The notes under the pieces were generated by a model that was given only the letters and a program-made list of their open reading frames with translations, had not been told where the DNA came from and searched no databases. Shown here piece by piece: positions 1 through 10,372 of a DNA stretch of 64,000 nucleotides. A program made the translations under genes and the position numbers. The stretch is from the NCBI GenBank assembly GCA_032718475.1, contig JAUCBJ010008278.1:13376-77375 (forward strand), given 5' to 3'. This DNA is from Nemertoderma westbladi. Taxonomy: Eukaryota > Animalia > Xenacoelomorpha. Within the stretch, counting starts at the first letter, position 1, and each line of letters starts with the position of its first letter.

Positions 1-3000
1 ATTATCATCAACAACCTTATTAGCCACCAAAGCATGGGCACGCGCCAATGTCCGTCTTTGAACGTGGCCTGATCAAAAAAGTTGGTACAATATTGATCTT
101 CCTCAGACGGATTCTCGTCCTTCTCGGCAAACTCTCGGGTCTCCACATTAAAGCATCCGGTCATCTCCCGCTGGGTTCTCTCGGTTTCGAGAAATAAATC
201 CTCATCGAGGTTTGTAGCTGAGCAATATCCCACGGATGTTACATTTTCTTTAATCTGACATTTAGGAAGATATGTATAGGTGTCAGTAGTTTCTTCCTTG
301 ATGCCGCAGAGGGTCCATCCCATTATGGTTCGTTCAGCGTAAAAGCCGTCATCTTTCTTTATGGATCGGGCGACATCTCCGGTAGGTATGTGTAATTCCG
401 GTGTATCAAGTCCGATCAGTAGGGTGATGCGGTTTACGTCCAACTGCGGACACCTCAGATCTACATCGTCTCGGTCCAATTGTATGAGGGGGGCGTACTC
501 GGCTGATTGTCGGAACCGCACCCGGAGGTCTGTGTGTACCAAGGCGTTCTTGATGGTTAACTTAACCGTTTCGTAGCCCTTCATCACTCCTTCCATCTGG
601 AGTTGCACCTCCCCGGACTCTACCTCTCTGTTATCGGTGATGGTTTGTATGGGCCGTTTACAAGGTTCATATTCTAGGCCGAGTTGCTCGAGGAAATCCC
701 GGTCGATGATGGTTCCGTCGGACCCGTTATCGAGGAACGCGAGTGTCGTCAAGGATTTGCCGACTCCTTGGATCCTTACTGGGATTACCTTTGCGAAGAC
801 CATGTAGCGGCGATTTATAAGATTAATCGTGGCCGAAATATTTGTTACTTGTGGTGTATCGGTGGAGATTTTAAACGGGTTGGTTTCTCTCTGTTGGGTT
901 GTCCGGGTTCCTTTGAAAACGTGGTTTGTTTCTCCTCTTCGCTTGGCTTCGATCCGAAAGGGGAGGGTAGTAAAATCGAAGTTCGCGGGGATGTGGAGGA
1001 GCGTGTGATGGCGTTGGTCGTTACAGACGGCACAGCATGATCTTTGGTCGCACTCCCGAACATAGTGACCTGTTCCAAGACACCGGAAGCATCCTCGGTG
1101 TTTCATTATCGCCTCGAAGCGTGGGACGAGTTCGGCGAACTGAAACTTTCTGCAGAATTCCACTTTATGTTTCTCTCCACAGAAGAGACAGAGCAGGGAA
1201 TTTGTGATGCCTTCCCTTTCGGGTGCCCAACTCGCGAGATAACATGCACATTCCTCGGCGGATGTCGGTTCCTCGTAGTCTTTGTCGTCGGAATCCTCGG
1301 CCATGGTGATGGCCATCGTACTCACCGGTGGGGGGCGGAATCTCGGTTTCGGAGGGGTTATCTTACTCCTGGAGTTGCTCTCTATTCCGTCCAACTTGGC
1401 GAGACTCTGTTTTGAAAACATCGAGTCATTCATGGCTTCGGAGATATCGTCCAGGAATGCCGACATTTCAAGGAAGCTAGGATCTCGATCTGGATGTCTG
1501 CGCCGGAGATCTACACATTTATAAGCCCACTTACTTTGTAGCCATCCGGGGAACTTCCGGGCGATCTGTCGGAGGTTTAGAATGTTGTTCACCTGGTCCT
1601 CCTTATTTAAGGGTTTCAGAGTATAGTAGGCATCCTTCATAGAGTCGGAGAATTCCTGGATGTTCTGTGGGTCCCCTAGTGATCCCGCGTCCTGTATCAG
1701 TCTCTCTAGAGTTTTATTAATTATAGTCCCGGTATTTCTGTATCTTTTGTCTAGAGTTTTCCATGCGTCGTAGTATGCTTCATGAGAACCTCCCTCAAAA
1801 CAAGCGATGATTCGGCGTGGTTTGTCACCCAGGTATTGCGATAAATATACCACTTTCTGTGCATCGGCTATGTCCGTTGATCCAATCTGCGCAAAGAACC
1901 GTTTCTTGAATCTGAGGTAATCTACGGGATCTCCTTCGAAGGTGCGGATCTCCATCTTGGGCATGGAGAGGCGGTTTTCCAATGCCCGGATAATGCCGAT
2001 GTTGTCCGAACTGGAGTGGTTCGGAGGGTTATAGTTATTGGCACTCTCTCCCATACTCGATGGATCAATGGTAGGTGGAGTTTTAATGATGACGCGACTA
2101 CGGGTTTGTGGTGTGGATGTGAACGGGTTGTTGGATCGAGGAGTGGCGTCCGGTTCCGAGTCCCTTTCAGGCTCGTACTTGGGTACACTCGCTGTCGTGG
2201 TGTTGGATGGGAAATAAGGTTCCTCATTCTTTAGCGTAGCCGGTGGGGGATGGAACACCGGTGCTAGTGCCGATAGCGTAGACTGTTTGGTAGGCGGGAT
2301 CTCGGGTTTCGGAAGTTTCGCCGCTGTCGGTATAAATGACTTTTCTAATTCCGGTACCGGGATTGGTTCATATTCCTGATCTATATCCCTTTCCCAGTCC
2401 TCGTAGAGTTGAATATCTCGTTCTATAAGTGCGGCTTCGTATTTCGCGAGTTTTGCAATATCCGAATTCTTTTTGTGGATGAGAATTGCTTGGGCCTCGG
2501 CGTGTTGTTTACGCATTTCTGCTTCCCAATTACGTTGTTCGATCTCTCGTTTGGCCTCTCGTCCGCGCTGTTCGGCCTCCTGTTTGCGTTGTTCGGCCTC
2601 CTGTTTGCGTTGTTCGGCCTGCCGTTCGTCCTCTCGTTTGCGTTGTTCGGGCTGTCGTTCGGCCTCTCGTCTATGTTGTTCGGCCTCCTGTTTGCGTTGT
2701 TCGGCCTGCCATTCGTCCTCTCGTTTGCGTTGTTCGGCCTGCCGTTCGTCCTCTCGTCTATGTTGTTCGGCCTCTCGTCTATGTTGTTCGGCCTCCTGTT
2801 CGCGTTGTTCGGCCTGCCGTTCGGCCGCTTGTTCGGCCTCTCGCTTTTGTGTTTCGGCGGCTAATACATCTTGCTCGGCTTGCAGTTGAATATACTCATC
2901 TTCCATCCGAGCTTTGAGGGCTAATGCCTTCCGTTCTCGCAGTTGGTCTCGGAGTGGCGGGGCCCCTTGAGAACTGCGCGCTGAGCCGGATATCTCGCTC

Positions 3001-3485
3001 CTAGCGCTGGAGTGCTGATTTCTAGCGGACCCCGTTCTCTTTCGATGTACTGCTGTCCTGATGCTGGAGGATCGTACTGATTCCGCGTCTGTTCTTTCAG
3101 CCCTCTTGTAATACTGTTCTTCATAGCCTCTCACAAGGCTGAGGGTCCTCCGGTGTTGTTTGCGGAACCCATCTAGATGTACAATGTGTTCTTCCAACTT
3201 GGGGTAGTTTTCCTGATCGGTGGAGGGAACGAGCTCTTGGTACGCCTGTATCATTCTTTCGTACTGCTGGAGGATATTTCGGATACTTTGAAGCTGAGTT
3301 TGTACCTCATTGAGGGGGGTTTTGACTCCCTTGAGTTGTTTCTCCATCCGTTGATACGCTCGGGTTACTCCGCCTTTGAGAGCCCCTAGCCGACGGGTCA
3401 TGTTCTTGACGTTTGGTACCTCGTCGGCTTCCGAGTCTGTGTGGTGATCCATCTCGTCGGTATCGGATACGTTATTTGTCGTCAT
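1..3485 (-). CDS. BEL/Pao retrotransposon Gag-protease polyprotein, partial (~1,160 codons, runs off the left edge)
   Basis: Manual minus-strand translation from ATG 3485 (MTTNNVSD...MTRRLGALKGGVTRAYQR). It continues through a coiled-coil repeat, a DUF1759-like Gag core (FEGDPVDYLRFKKRF...YYDAWKTLDKRY), BEL-type Zn knuckles (CLFCGEKH..C; CFRCLGTGHYVREC; CAVCNDQRHHTLLH), an aspartic protease motif (AFLDNGSDGT, ~740-710) and YAERTIMGWTLCG. The protease is in the same frame as the ATG. The ORF track lists no terminated ORF in this frame, consistent with no stop before the edge. Confidence 0.9.
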   Translation of the reverse strand, partial: MTTNNVSDTDEMDHHTDSEADEVPNVKNMTRRLGALKGGVTRAYQRMEKQLKGVKTPLNEVQTQLQSIRNILQQYERMIQAYQELVPSTDQENYPKLEEHIVHLDGFRKQHRRTLSLVRGYEEQYYKRAERTDAESVRSSSIRTAVHRKRTGSARNQHSSARSEISGSARSSQGAPPLRDQLRERKALALKARMEDEYIQLQAEQDVLAAETQKREAEQAAERQAEQREQEAEQHRREAEQHRREDERQAEQRKREDEWQAEQRKQEAEQHRREAERQPEQRKREDERQAEQRKQEAEQRKQEAEQRGREAKREIEQRNWEAEMRKQHAEAQAILIHKKNSDIAKLAKYEAALIERDIQLYEDWERDIDQEYEPIPVPELEKSFIPTAAKLPKPEIPPTKQSTLSALAPVFHPPPATLKNEEPYFPSNTTTASVPKYEPERDSEPDATPRSNNPFTSTPQTRSRVIIKTPPTIDPSSMGESANNYNPPNHSSSDNIGIIRALENRLSMPKMEIRTFEGDPVDYLRFKKRFFAQIGSTDIADAQKVVYLSQYLGDKPRRIIACFEGGSHEAYYDAWKTLDKRYRNTGTIINKTLERLIQDAGSLGDPQNIQEFSDSMKDAYYTLKPLNKEDQVNNILNLRQIARKFPGWLQSKWAYKCVDLRRRHPDRDPSFLEMSAFLDDISEAMNDSMFSKQSLAKLDGIESNSRSKITPPKPRFRPPPVSTMAITMAEDSDDKDYEEPTSAEECACYLASWAPEREGITNSLLCLFCGEKHKVEFCRKFQFAELVPRFEAIMKHRGCFRCLGTGHYVRECDQRSCCAVCNDQRHHTLLHIPANFDFTTLPFRIEAKRRGETNHVFKGTRTTQQRETNPFKISTDTPQVTNISATINLINRRYMVFAKVIPVRIQGVGKSLTTLAFLDNGSDGTIIDRDFLEQLGLEYEPCKRPIQTITDNREVESGEVQLQMEGVMKGYETVKLTIKNALVHTDLRVRFRQSAEYAPLIQLDRDDVDLRCPQLDVNRITLLIGLDTPELHIPTGDVARSIKKDDGFYAERTIMGWTLCGIKEETTDTYTYLPKCQIKENVTSVGYCSATNLDEDLFLETERTQREMTGCFNVETREFAEKDENPSEEDQYCTNFFDQATFKDGHWRVPMLWWLIRLLMI
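2530..2845 (-). repeat. Coding tandem repeat inside Gag (AEQRKQE / AEQRKREDERQ coiled coil)
   Basis: Repeated 21/33-nt units such as tgttcggcctcctgtttgcgt. They explain the three low-complexity plus-strand ORFs at 2409-2917. Confidence 0.85.
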
Positions 3486-3673
3486 TGTAACGCCTTGTCG
3501 ATAGCTAGATACGCGATGTCATAAAACTGTTCCTCGTAGGTATTGTACTCAGCTTGGACCACCCGAACGGTAATCCTGAATCGTCCGACGTTCGTTCCTT
3601 GTACTTCAACTTCGACGTGCCAGATTCCTGGCTCAACTTGGATTATATCAATGGGTGTGATCGATACTTCCAT
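3482..3673 (-). CDS. 63-aa upstream ORF overlapping the gag start (ATGA stop-start overlap), function unknown
   Basis: ATG start and non-repetitive sequence. Its TGA (3484-3482) overlaps the gag ATG (3485-3483). Confidence 0.4.
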   Translation of the reverse strand: MEVSITPIDIIQVEPGIWHVEVEVQGTNVGRFRITVRVVQAEYNTYEEQFYDIAYLAIDKALQ

Positions 3674-4329
3674 TCCCTGTTAACAACTCTCCAAATATGT
3701 GATCTGCCGACTACGAGTTGGTTAGATCGAGTTTGTTGATTAATTAAACCACGACTTCGTCTCAACTCAAATACTAGAGTTTCCTCGTAGTGGGTGCTGG
3801 CAAGCACGTAGAGAGTTTTGAAGAGTATTGAAGGATTCTCAACTTCCACCAGTTGAAGTTGACCGTAATTATTCTTAATTTTGACACCCTGTCAAAATTG
3901 ACCACATTAATTATTCTTAATTTTGTTGCCGTTATCCCAACACCAGGGGGGAAAAACGCCGATGCTGGAGACGTGACTTTACAGACCACCGAGCCCAGGC
4001 CAGTCACCGGATATTGATTGTGGAGAAGGAATGTTTTCTGAGATGCAAGTTTGCGGTTGATAAAAAGCTGCATTAGTTGGATATACTCTTTAATGTAACT
4101 TCCTATAGTTGAAACCTGTTCAACATCATTGAAACCTGAAACCTGATTAAGAATAATTTTGGGCTTCCCCAAATCAATATACACCAAATATTCACAATAA
4201 TTATACACGATAATATAAATCCCTACAGTATATTATTTAATTACCCACTATTCGCTCAGATTTTAGCCTACCTAATGTTCCCCAGATTTTCCCTCGGTCC
4301 TAGTCTTAGTGCCGTAGTGTCGGTGTCGG

Positions 4330-5228
4330 TCGACCCTGTCGCGTGTCCGTTCCACCCCTCACGAACCCCGAAGGGAACGATCATCGAGAACCAGCACGGC
4401 TTGGCTAAGGGTCGGTCCATTCGGTAGACTCTGTTGCGTATCCGTACCGCCCCTCTCGAACCCTGAAGGGATCGGTGATCGAGAACCAGTACGGCTTAGC
4501 TAGGAGTCTGTCGTGTCGGTGGACCCATTCGCGTGTCCGTTCCACCCCTCACGAACCCCGAAGGGTTCGATCATCGAGAACCAGAACGGCTTGGCTAGGG
4601 GTCCGTCGGTTCATCGCAGAAACCCAACCACCTAGGCTTTCCGAGTCCCTTTCAGGCTCGTAGTCGCTTCGGCAGCCGAGAAACTGCTCCGAACAGTCGG
4701 TAGGCCAGTAGAGTCTAGTCCTTTGTCTTTCGACCCCGTCGCGTGTCCGTTCCACCCCTCACGAACCCCAAAGGGAACGATCATCGAGAACCAGTACGGC
4801 TTGGCTAAGGGGTCTGTCGTTGGTTCCCGTCGCAGATCCCGGTACAAGCAGTCAGCGTTCCGAGTTCTTTTCAGTCTCGTAATAGCTGCCGTTGACCAGA
4901 GACCGCTAAGGGCAGTCCTCGTCAAACCAGTCCTGTGGCCAGCCCTTTCGCATGTCCGTCCCACCCCTCGCGAACCCCGAAGGGATCGGTCATTGAGAAC
5001 CAGTACGGCTTAGCTCAGGGGGCAGTCGTTAGTTGGCCACCCGTTCGCGTGTCCGCTCCACCCCTCACGAACCCCGAAGGGTTCGATCATCAAGAACCAG
5101 AACGGCTTGGCTACTAAGGGGCCGTCGTTTCCCGTCGCAAATCCCTGACACAAGCAGTCAGCGTTCCGAGTTCTTTTCAGTCTCGTAATAACTGCTGTTG
5201 GCCAGGGACCGCTAAGGGCAGTCCTTGT
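4330..5228. repeat. Degenerate ~70-100-bp tandem repeats in the BEL LTR/leader
   Basis: About six copies of cgcgtgtccgttccacccctcacgaaccccgaaggg..gatcatcgagaaccag.acggcttggcta, near 4340, 4440, 4530, 4740, 4950 and 5045. 4731-4925 also resembles 5039-5228. Confidence 0.85.
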
Positions 5229-5528
5229 CCTTTAGGCCTGGCGCATTACCAAATCCACCCCTACAGGCAGCAGGAAGTTGGCCTGCTAATAGTACTCAGG
5301 CTAACCTGAATACTGCTTGCATTTTCCTTCCCCCCCTGGCCCTTATAACTATGAAATTATTCCCGTACCCTGTAAGTTCCCCCAAAGTTCGCCCATAAAT
5401 CGCCCCCAGTTTATTGAATGTGCCCAAAACCCATGGTCCCGCACCCAGTAGTAATATCGGAATAATCAATTTTAATAAAATACAAAAATATTCAACTCGC
5501 GTTATGGAAAGTTGAAATACCGCGAACA

Positions 5529-5735
5529 TATTATGTTCAGTACCTTTACGCCATATGACCTTAAATTGGTATGCGCTAAGTTGCATTTTATAATTTTGCA
5601 GTTTTACATTATCAATCATGTCCAGGGTGTATTTGTTGAAAATCGTGACTAATGAACAGTGATCAGTTACTATGGAATATGTTGGAAGTCCAGCAAGGTA
5701 GAGGTGTGATTTCTTTGTTGCCCAAACAATAGCAA
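5529..5735 (-). pseudogene. Ty3/Gypsy pol RNase H, C-terminal fragment
   Basis: Translates LAIVWATKKSHLYLAGLPTYSIVTDHCSLVTIFNKYTLDMIDNVKLQNYKMQLSAYQFKVIWRKGTEHN, a typical Gypsy RNase H stretch. Confidence 0.88.
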
Positions 5736-7248
5736 CCCGGGTTGAGATTCTTAGTATATTTCCTAAGTTCTAAACAAGTCTGCTTAGAAAGGCTTAGAAC
5801 GCTTAGCAACGCTGGTGCAAAGGGTGAGTAAAGTACTTAACAAATTTTCCAATTTCATAAAAATGACATTGCAAGTTTATAATGTTTAGTAAGTTGTTGC
5901 TATGTGACTGACAAGTATTACAGGATATATAAACGTGCTTTATATGTAACCGATGATATATGCAAGCACTTTGCAAGTGTAATGAACTAATAACATGCGC
6001 ATTACAAATCTAGCATATATCTGTAACCTATATATTCCCGGCACTAGTTCGAACCTGCGTCGCAAATTTTTTTAAGTAATAATTATTTTTGAAAAATAAA
6101 TGTTGTGGGAAGAGTGGCGGTTAGCTTTCGAATGAAAGTAAATGATGACCCCCCCCCCCCCCCCCCTCTGAGACAAGAGAAACAACACACGGAACATCAT
6201 AGTGAGTGATGTACTGTATGCTATGCACTTGTGTTTGGTTTGATACTCTTTGTTGCAACCCCCCCCCCCCCCCCTCCCCTATGACATATGTAAACAAATT
6301 AATACCGAGACTCAATGTTTTTAATATAAACAACATATAAACAAACATATTATTACTGTACGTTACATACACATCAGATCTAAACGCGTAAATACTGTAG
6401 GTCTACACTAAAACACAGTTACGTCGGAAAAATTTATCCAAAAAGTTCAAAAATGGTATTCCTCATTTCTGTTTATGCAATAATACTATTTAATTCAAAT
6501 TTGTAATCTTATCAAGCGCTACAGTAGATTACGATTTGAGCACGAAATAAAATAGAAAATTTATCACCCGTCATATAAAGTTACCAATAACATCATCATA
6601 TTATATTATAACTATATGGATTGCAGCAATTGTATTTTGAACATTAGGGTTAACTTTTCCCAACGAAAATAGTGGTTCAATGAATACATTAAAATTAGAA
6701 ATACATACACAGAAACATTAAAAATGATTTTAGACATGTTCAAAATCATTAATACAAGGAATTCCAAATAATGAAGTGCTACGGCTACCATTCATAGTAC
6801 TGGTATTGTAGATATAGATATAAGGTTATTATTGAGATTAGATGCAGGATAACTAGCGGTTCATTGTGGTGGTCCAGTTGAATTTTAGAGCATTTTTTTA
6901 CAATTTCGTTACCGGTACTACCCGGTGTCTGTGAGAAAAGACGGTTTCCTTGGGAAAATGTCTGGAAAACACAGAATAAAAAATCAGGGAAAATATTTTT
7001 AAAGTAGGCCTACTTTTTTATCTTCATTTTGTTATTTTTTATTGGGAGCTGCCGCTCCCATACCCCAGACCCCCGTTTAGTACAATGAAACAGCTTTAAC
7101 AATAATATAATATAAAGCAAAATTACAATTAATATTATACTCTGAGAGTTTTACAAGAACCTACAGTAACTATAATGCCAAATAGATAACACAGATACAA
7201 ATAAGAGAAAGCACAACACAACATAGTTTACAGATTCAGTTTACAGCG

Positions 7249-7829
7249 TCAGACGAGTGGAGTGATCGGCAATCCATCCTCCGTACCCAGACCACTGTGC
7301 CACTATAGCCTCGACTCCCTGATGCAATGAGAAGCCCCTCGAACTATGGCGAACTGCACACGGCGGCGAACCCACTCCATGACGGTGCTATAAGGTCTGT
7401 CCCAGTTGTGGTGTAACCTATCAGCGAAGATACTCGGGAGCTTGTTGGCATGCGGTGCCAGAACTCCATTCTACGGAGAGACAAGAGACTACGAAGGGTG
7501 CAAAAGTCCGCTCTCCTCTGTCTCGCTGGTTCCACATATAGTGCGGTTTTAGCGTCCTCCACAGATTCTAGGACCCTCATCGGGGGGCGTCCCGCATATG
7601 GCTCGGCGTCATCGGTTTACGACCCTGATATCTAACAACGCCTGAGTCTGCCGGTTGAATGCCCCCCGAACTCATACATCACACCAAGTCCTGCCTCTCC
7701 ACTTAATCCAGGCTGGTCTCTGACTATGGGTTCCGACTGTCACGTTTCGTGGTCCAAATGCTAGAGAGGCCAGATCCCCAACAACATCACGGAGTTCAAT
7801 ATATGTCTTTGGATTATGAGGCCTTTTTT
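7249..7829 (-). pseudogene. 5'-truncated CRE-clade non-LTR retrotransposon, Zn-knuckle end plus restriction-like endonuclease domain
   Basis: Frameshifted translation: KKGLIIQRH.ELRDVVGDLASLAF..EPIV..VRGAFNRQTQALLDIRVVN.DAEPY..VLESVEDAKTALY..FAPFVVS..NWDRPYSTVMEWVRRRVQFAIVRGASHCIRESR. This matches the CRE C-terminal pattern (RHNE.RD, DxRV, ExxK, FxPxV, YS..WVR..FA..R...CxRxSR). An AT-rich 3' UTR follows to ~7100. Confidence 0.8.
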
Positions 7830-8381
7830 AAATTCCAATTCTTCCAAAGTCAATTGTTATTAATCAAATTTCACTAACATTCAAATAACTTGAATTTTAA
7901 TTGTATCAATTAGGCATTAATTCAATTAAATTGTCAATTAGCAACAATCGGACAATTAGGCAAACCATAAATATTTCATTAACGATATAGACAGTACAAA
8001 CAAAACAAATAAACAATAAACAAAACAAGTATACAAAAGGCACTAAACAATTAAAGATTACAAAACTCTATAAATAATAACAAAATTAAAGAGTACAAAA
8101 TACAATAAACAATTGAATTGAAGTAAACAAACAGCAATAAAGCTACCAGTATAAATTAAAGTAACAAAACGCTATACACTATTTATTAAAGTAAGCAAAA
8201 CTCATTAAACAATTAAACGTAAATAAAGAAAACTCAATAAACGCAACTCTGCAGTTCAGCAGTAGGCCTACTGACCACAAAATGACTGAATGAGTCATTT
8301 ATTGGCGGTGGATCATGTGACTGATTTTTAATTGCAATGCGTGTCAAGCACCACTAAAGTTCTTATTAAATTTTTGTCAAG

Positions 8382-8521
8382 TTATAAAGTCAACGAAAGT
8401 ATGTTCTAGGTATACAAAATTTGTTAAAAATTTGCTAAGTGCATTGCATGATTATAAAGTCATCGAAATTATATTCTAGGTATACAAAATTTGTTAAGAA
8501 TTTGTTAAGTGCATTGCATGA
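8382..8521. repeat. 70-bp tandem duplication, subterminal in the TIR element
   Basis: ttataaagtca.cgaaa.tat.ttctaggtatacaaaatttgttaa.aatttg.taagtgcattgcatga occurs at 8382 and 8452. Confidence 0.85.
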
Positions 8522-8692
8522 TAAGTGCCCACCCAAATATTTCTTAAAATCTATACTGTACTTGGCAAGTATTTTTTAATTCCTTAACAAATAATGCAAA
8601 ATGTGGTAATTGTAAAAATTTAGTAAAATTATCATGCCAGTACCTTGCCATTAGGTAGTACTTTACTAATATGATAAGATTCTCAACCCGGG

Positions 8693-9139
8693 AAGGGCTT
8701 TCCAATTCTATCATTCATATCTACTTTCTGCATCAGATAAAAAACGTGATCCACATTGTATTAGCTTCCATTCATCATCAAATTTTTGCAATAGTGCAAA
8801 TCCAATGCCGTTTTTGCGTGATGCATCAGTTTGGAGACTGGTTTCTGCATTTGGGTCGTAATTTGCCAAAATTGGTGGTGAAGTAAGTGCTGATTTTATA
8901 GCTTCAAAGGCCAATTCATGATTAGTTGTCCAACTGAATTAATTTCTAATTTTCAGAATATCACGAAGTGGAGCTGCTGTTTTACTAATTTTATTGGAGA
9001 ATTGAGCCAATTGTTGTACTAATCCCATAAAGGAGCGCAACTCTGTGCGGTTAGTTGGAACCAGAAATGACGTTATAGCTTTGATCTTATCAGGGTCTGC
9101 TTTATTCCATCATTGGTCAAAATAAAACCAGCAAATTTG
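8693..9139 (-). pseudogene. Ty3/Gypsy pol fragment (RT thumb/connection to RNase H N-terminus)
   Basis: KFAGFIL..DPDKIKAI..PTNRTELRSFMGLVQQL..FSWTTNHELAFEAIKSALTSPPILANYDPNAETSLQTDASRKNGIGFALLQ..IQCGSRFLSDAESRY, with a stop and frameshifts. It is continuous with 5529-5735. Confidence 0.9.
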
Positions 9140-9189
9140 GGGGCCACATGTCTAAATGTTATATACCCTGCCATTTCTTTGCTTTTAAT

Positions 9190-9750
9190 CAGTTTAAGTT
9201 GAAACTTGACTGATATATACTAGACCGAAGACCTTCAGCTGTGTCTTTCAAATGAGGCTAATCTGTAGTTCTCCAGCCTGCTGCTGGAGAGCGAAATGTC
9301 TGAGTGAAATCCATCCCTGATTTAGTTACATATTTATGACCCGTTCAAGCTGAAACTTATGAGATACAGGATCTATCTAGAATACAGCCTGCGTCTTCGT
9401 GGGGATTGTAAACGGTCTGCATTTCTCCAGTCTACCACTAGAGGGCGAAATGTCTAAAAGTGTAAACCTTCCCAATTGTGTTGTTTAAACTGAATATTGG
9501 TACTGTACATATTTATTAGACCACATGATGCGTCTTTGTGAGGAAGGTGATCGTTCTGCAGTTCTCCATTCTGCCGATAGAGGGCGAAATACCTGAAAGT
9601 GAAAAACTTATCTCATTTTATTATTTGTTATCCGTTCAAGCTGAAACTTGGCAGATATATACATGTTAGACCAACCATAATGGGCGTTATTGTGGTGACG
9701 GTTATCCGACGGTAGTTCTCCATTATACCGCTAGAGGGCTGAAATTAAAA
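9190..9750. repeat. Four diverged ~140-155-bp repeats, each with a CTCF-like motif
   Basis: Recurrent (ccgttcaa)gctgaaactt...tagacc...gttctcca....cc.ctagagggcgaaat. Motifs at 9281, 9435, 9574 and 9728. Confidence 0.7.
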
Positions 9751-10372
9751 AGGTATTTTAGGTCTTAAACAGACTGCAGTTACCTCTGTGGTAAAGTAAA
9801 GTAGAGGGGGGGGGGGGGGGGGGGGGGGAAATCTAAATCTGCTTATAATTTGCTAATAATTGACACTTGACATAAGTTTTACAGTATCTCGGGTGCTGCG
9901 CGAATGCCCAACTTCGTGTAGATAATGTTACATAGATTCGACATACCCGTAATGAGGGAGGCCTATAATTATGGCTACGATACCTACTGTAGATATTAGT
10001 GGAACTGAAACAGGTTGTGGGAATAGGCGCACACGGAGTTAATTAAATTAACCTTTATCATAGAGTTTATAGTTCCAGTAAGCGTATGGTTCAAATAGGC
10101 ATTGTATGGTATGAAAATTATTTATGGGGTGGGTTGATCAGATTTGAAATCCTTTTGAAAATGTTTAAAATTCACCATAACGCTTTTTATACTAGAACAT
10201 TATGTATACCGGTATATTTCCATTTACTTTCCATTTCCTTGGTCAGACACCTACGGTAACAAAATAGGTGCTTCTGATTGTCTAATAGTCATAATTGCAA
10301 AATATTTGGATTGGTCCGTTCTTAAAATGTATCTCCTCCTACAATTCTGAAAATTGGTGAGTGAAAATTGGG

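Larger units (their letters stand above)
1..5528 (-). mobile_element. BEL/Pao LTR retrotransposon, 5' portion (LTR/leader plus gag-protease)
   Basis: The Gypsy coding sequence stops abruptly at ...GTEHN, exactly where TGTTCGCGG begins on the minus strand (5528). TGTT is a typical BEL LTR start. The LTR 3' end and the PBS were not identified. Confidence 0.75.
5736..8692. mobile_element. Non-autonomous TIR DNA transposon, CACTA/EnSpm(CMC)-like, 2,957 bp
   Basis: 18-bp TIRs with 1 mismatch (CCCGGGTTGAGATTCTTA at 5736; TAAGATTCTCAACCCGGG ending 8692). AA flanks both sides (5734-5735, 8693-8694). Removing the element and one AA restores the Gypsy codons GCC CTT GCT ATT (ALAI). The superfamily is inferred from the CCC termini and 2-bp TSD. 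Confidence 0.8.

Noticed and set aside
361-3389. Plus-strand ORFs over the BEL region
   Set aside because: Antisense shadows of the long minus-strand gag-protease frame.
5296-5619. 107-aa minus-strand ORF
   Set aside because: A chance fusion of Gypsy RNase H codons reading into the BEL LTR across the 5528 junction.
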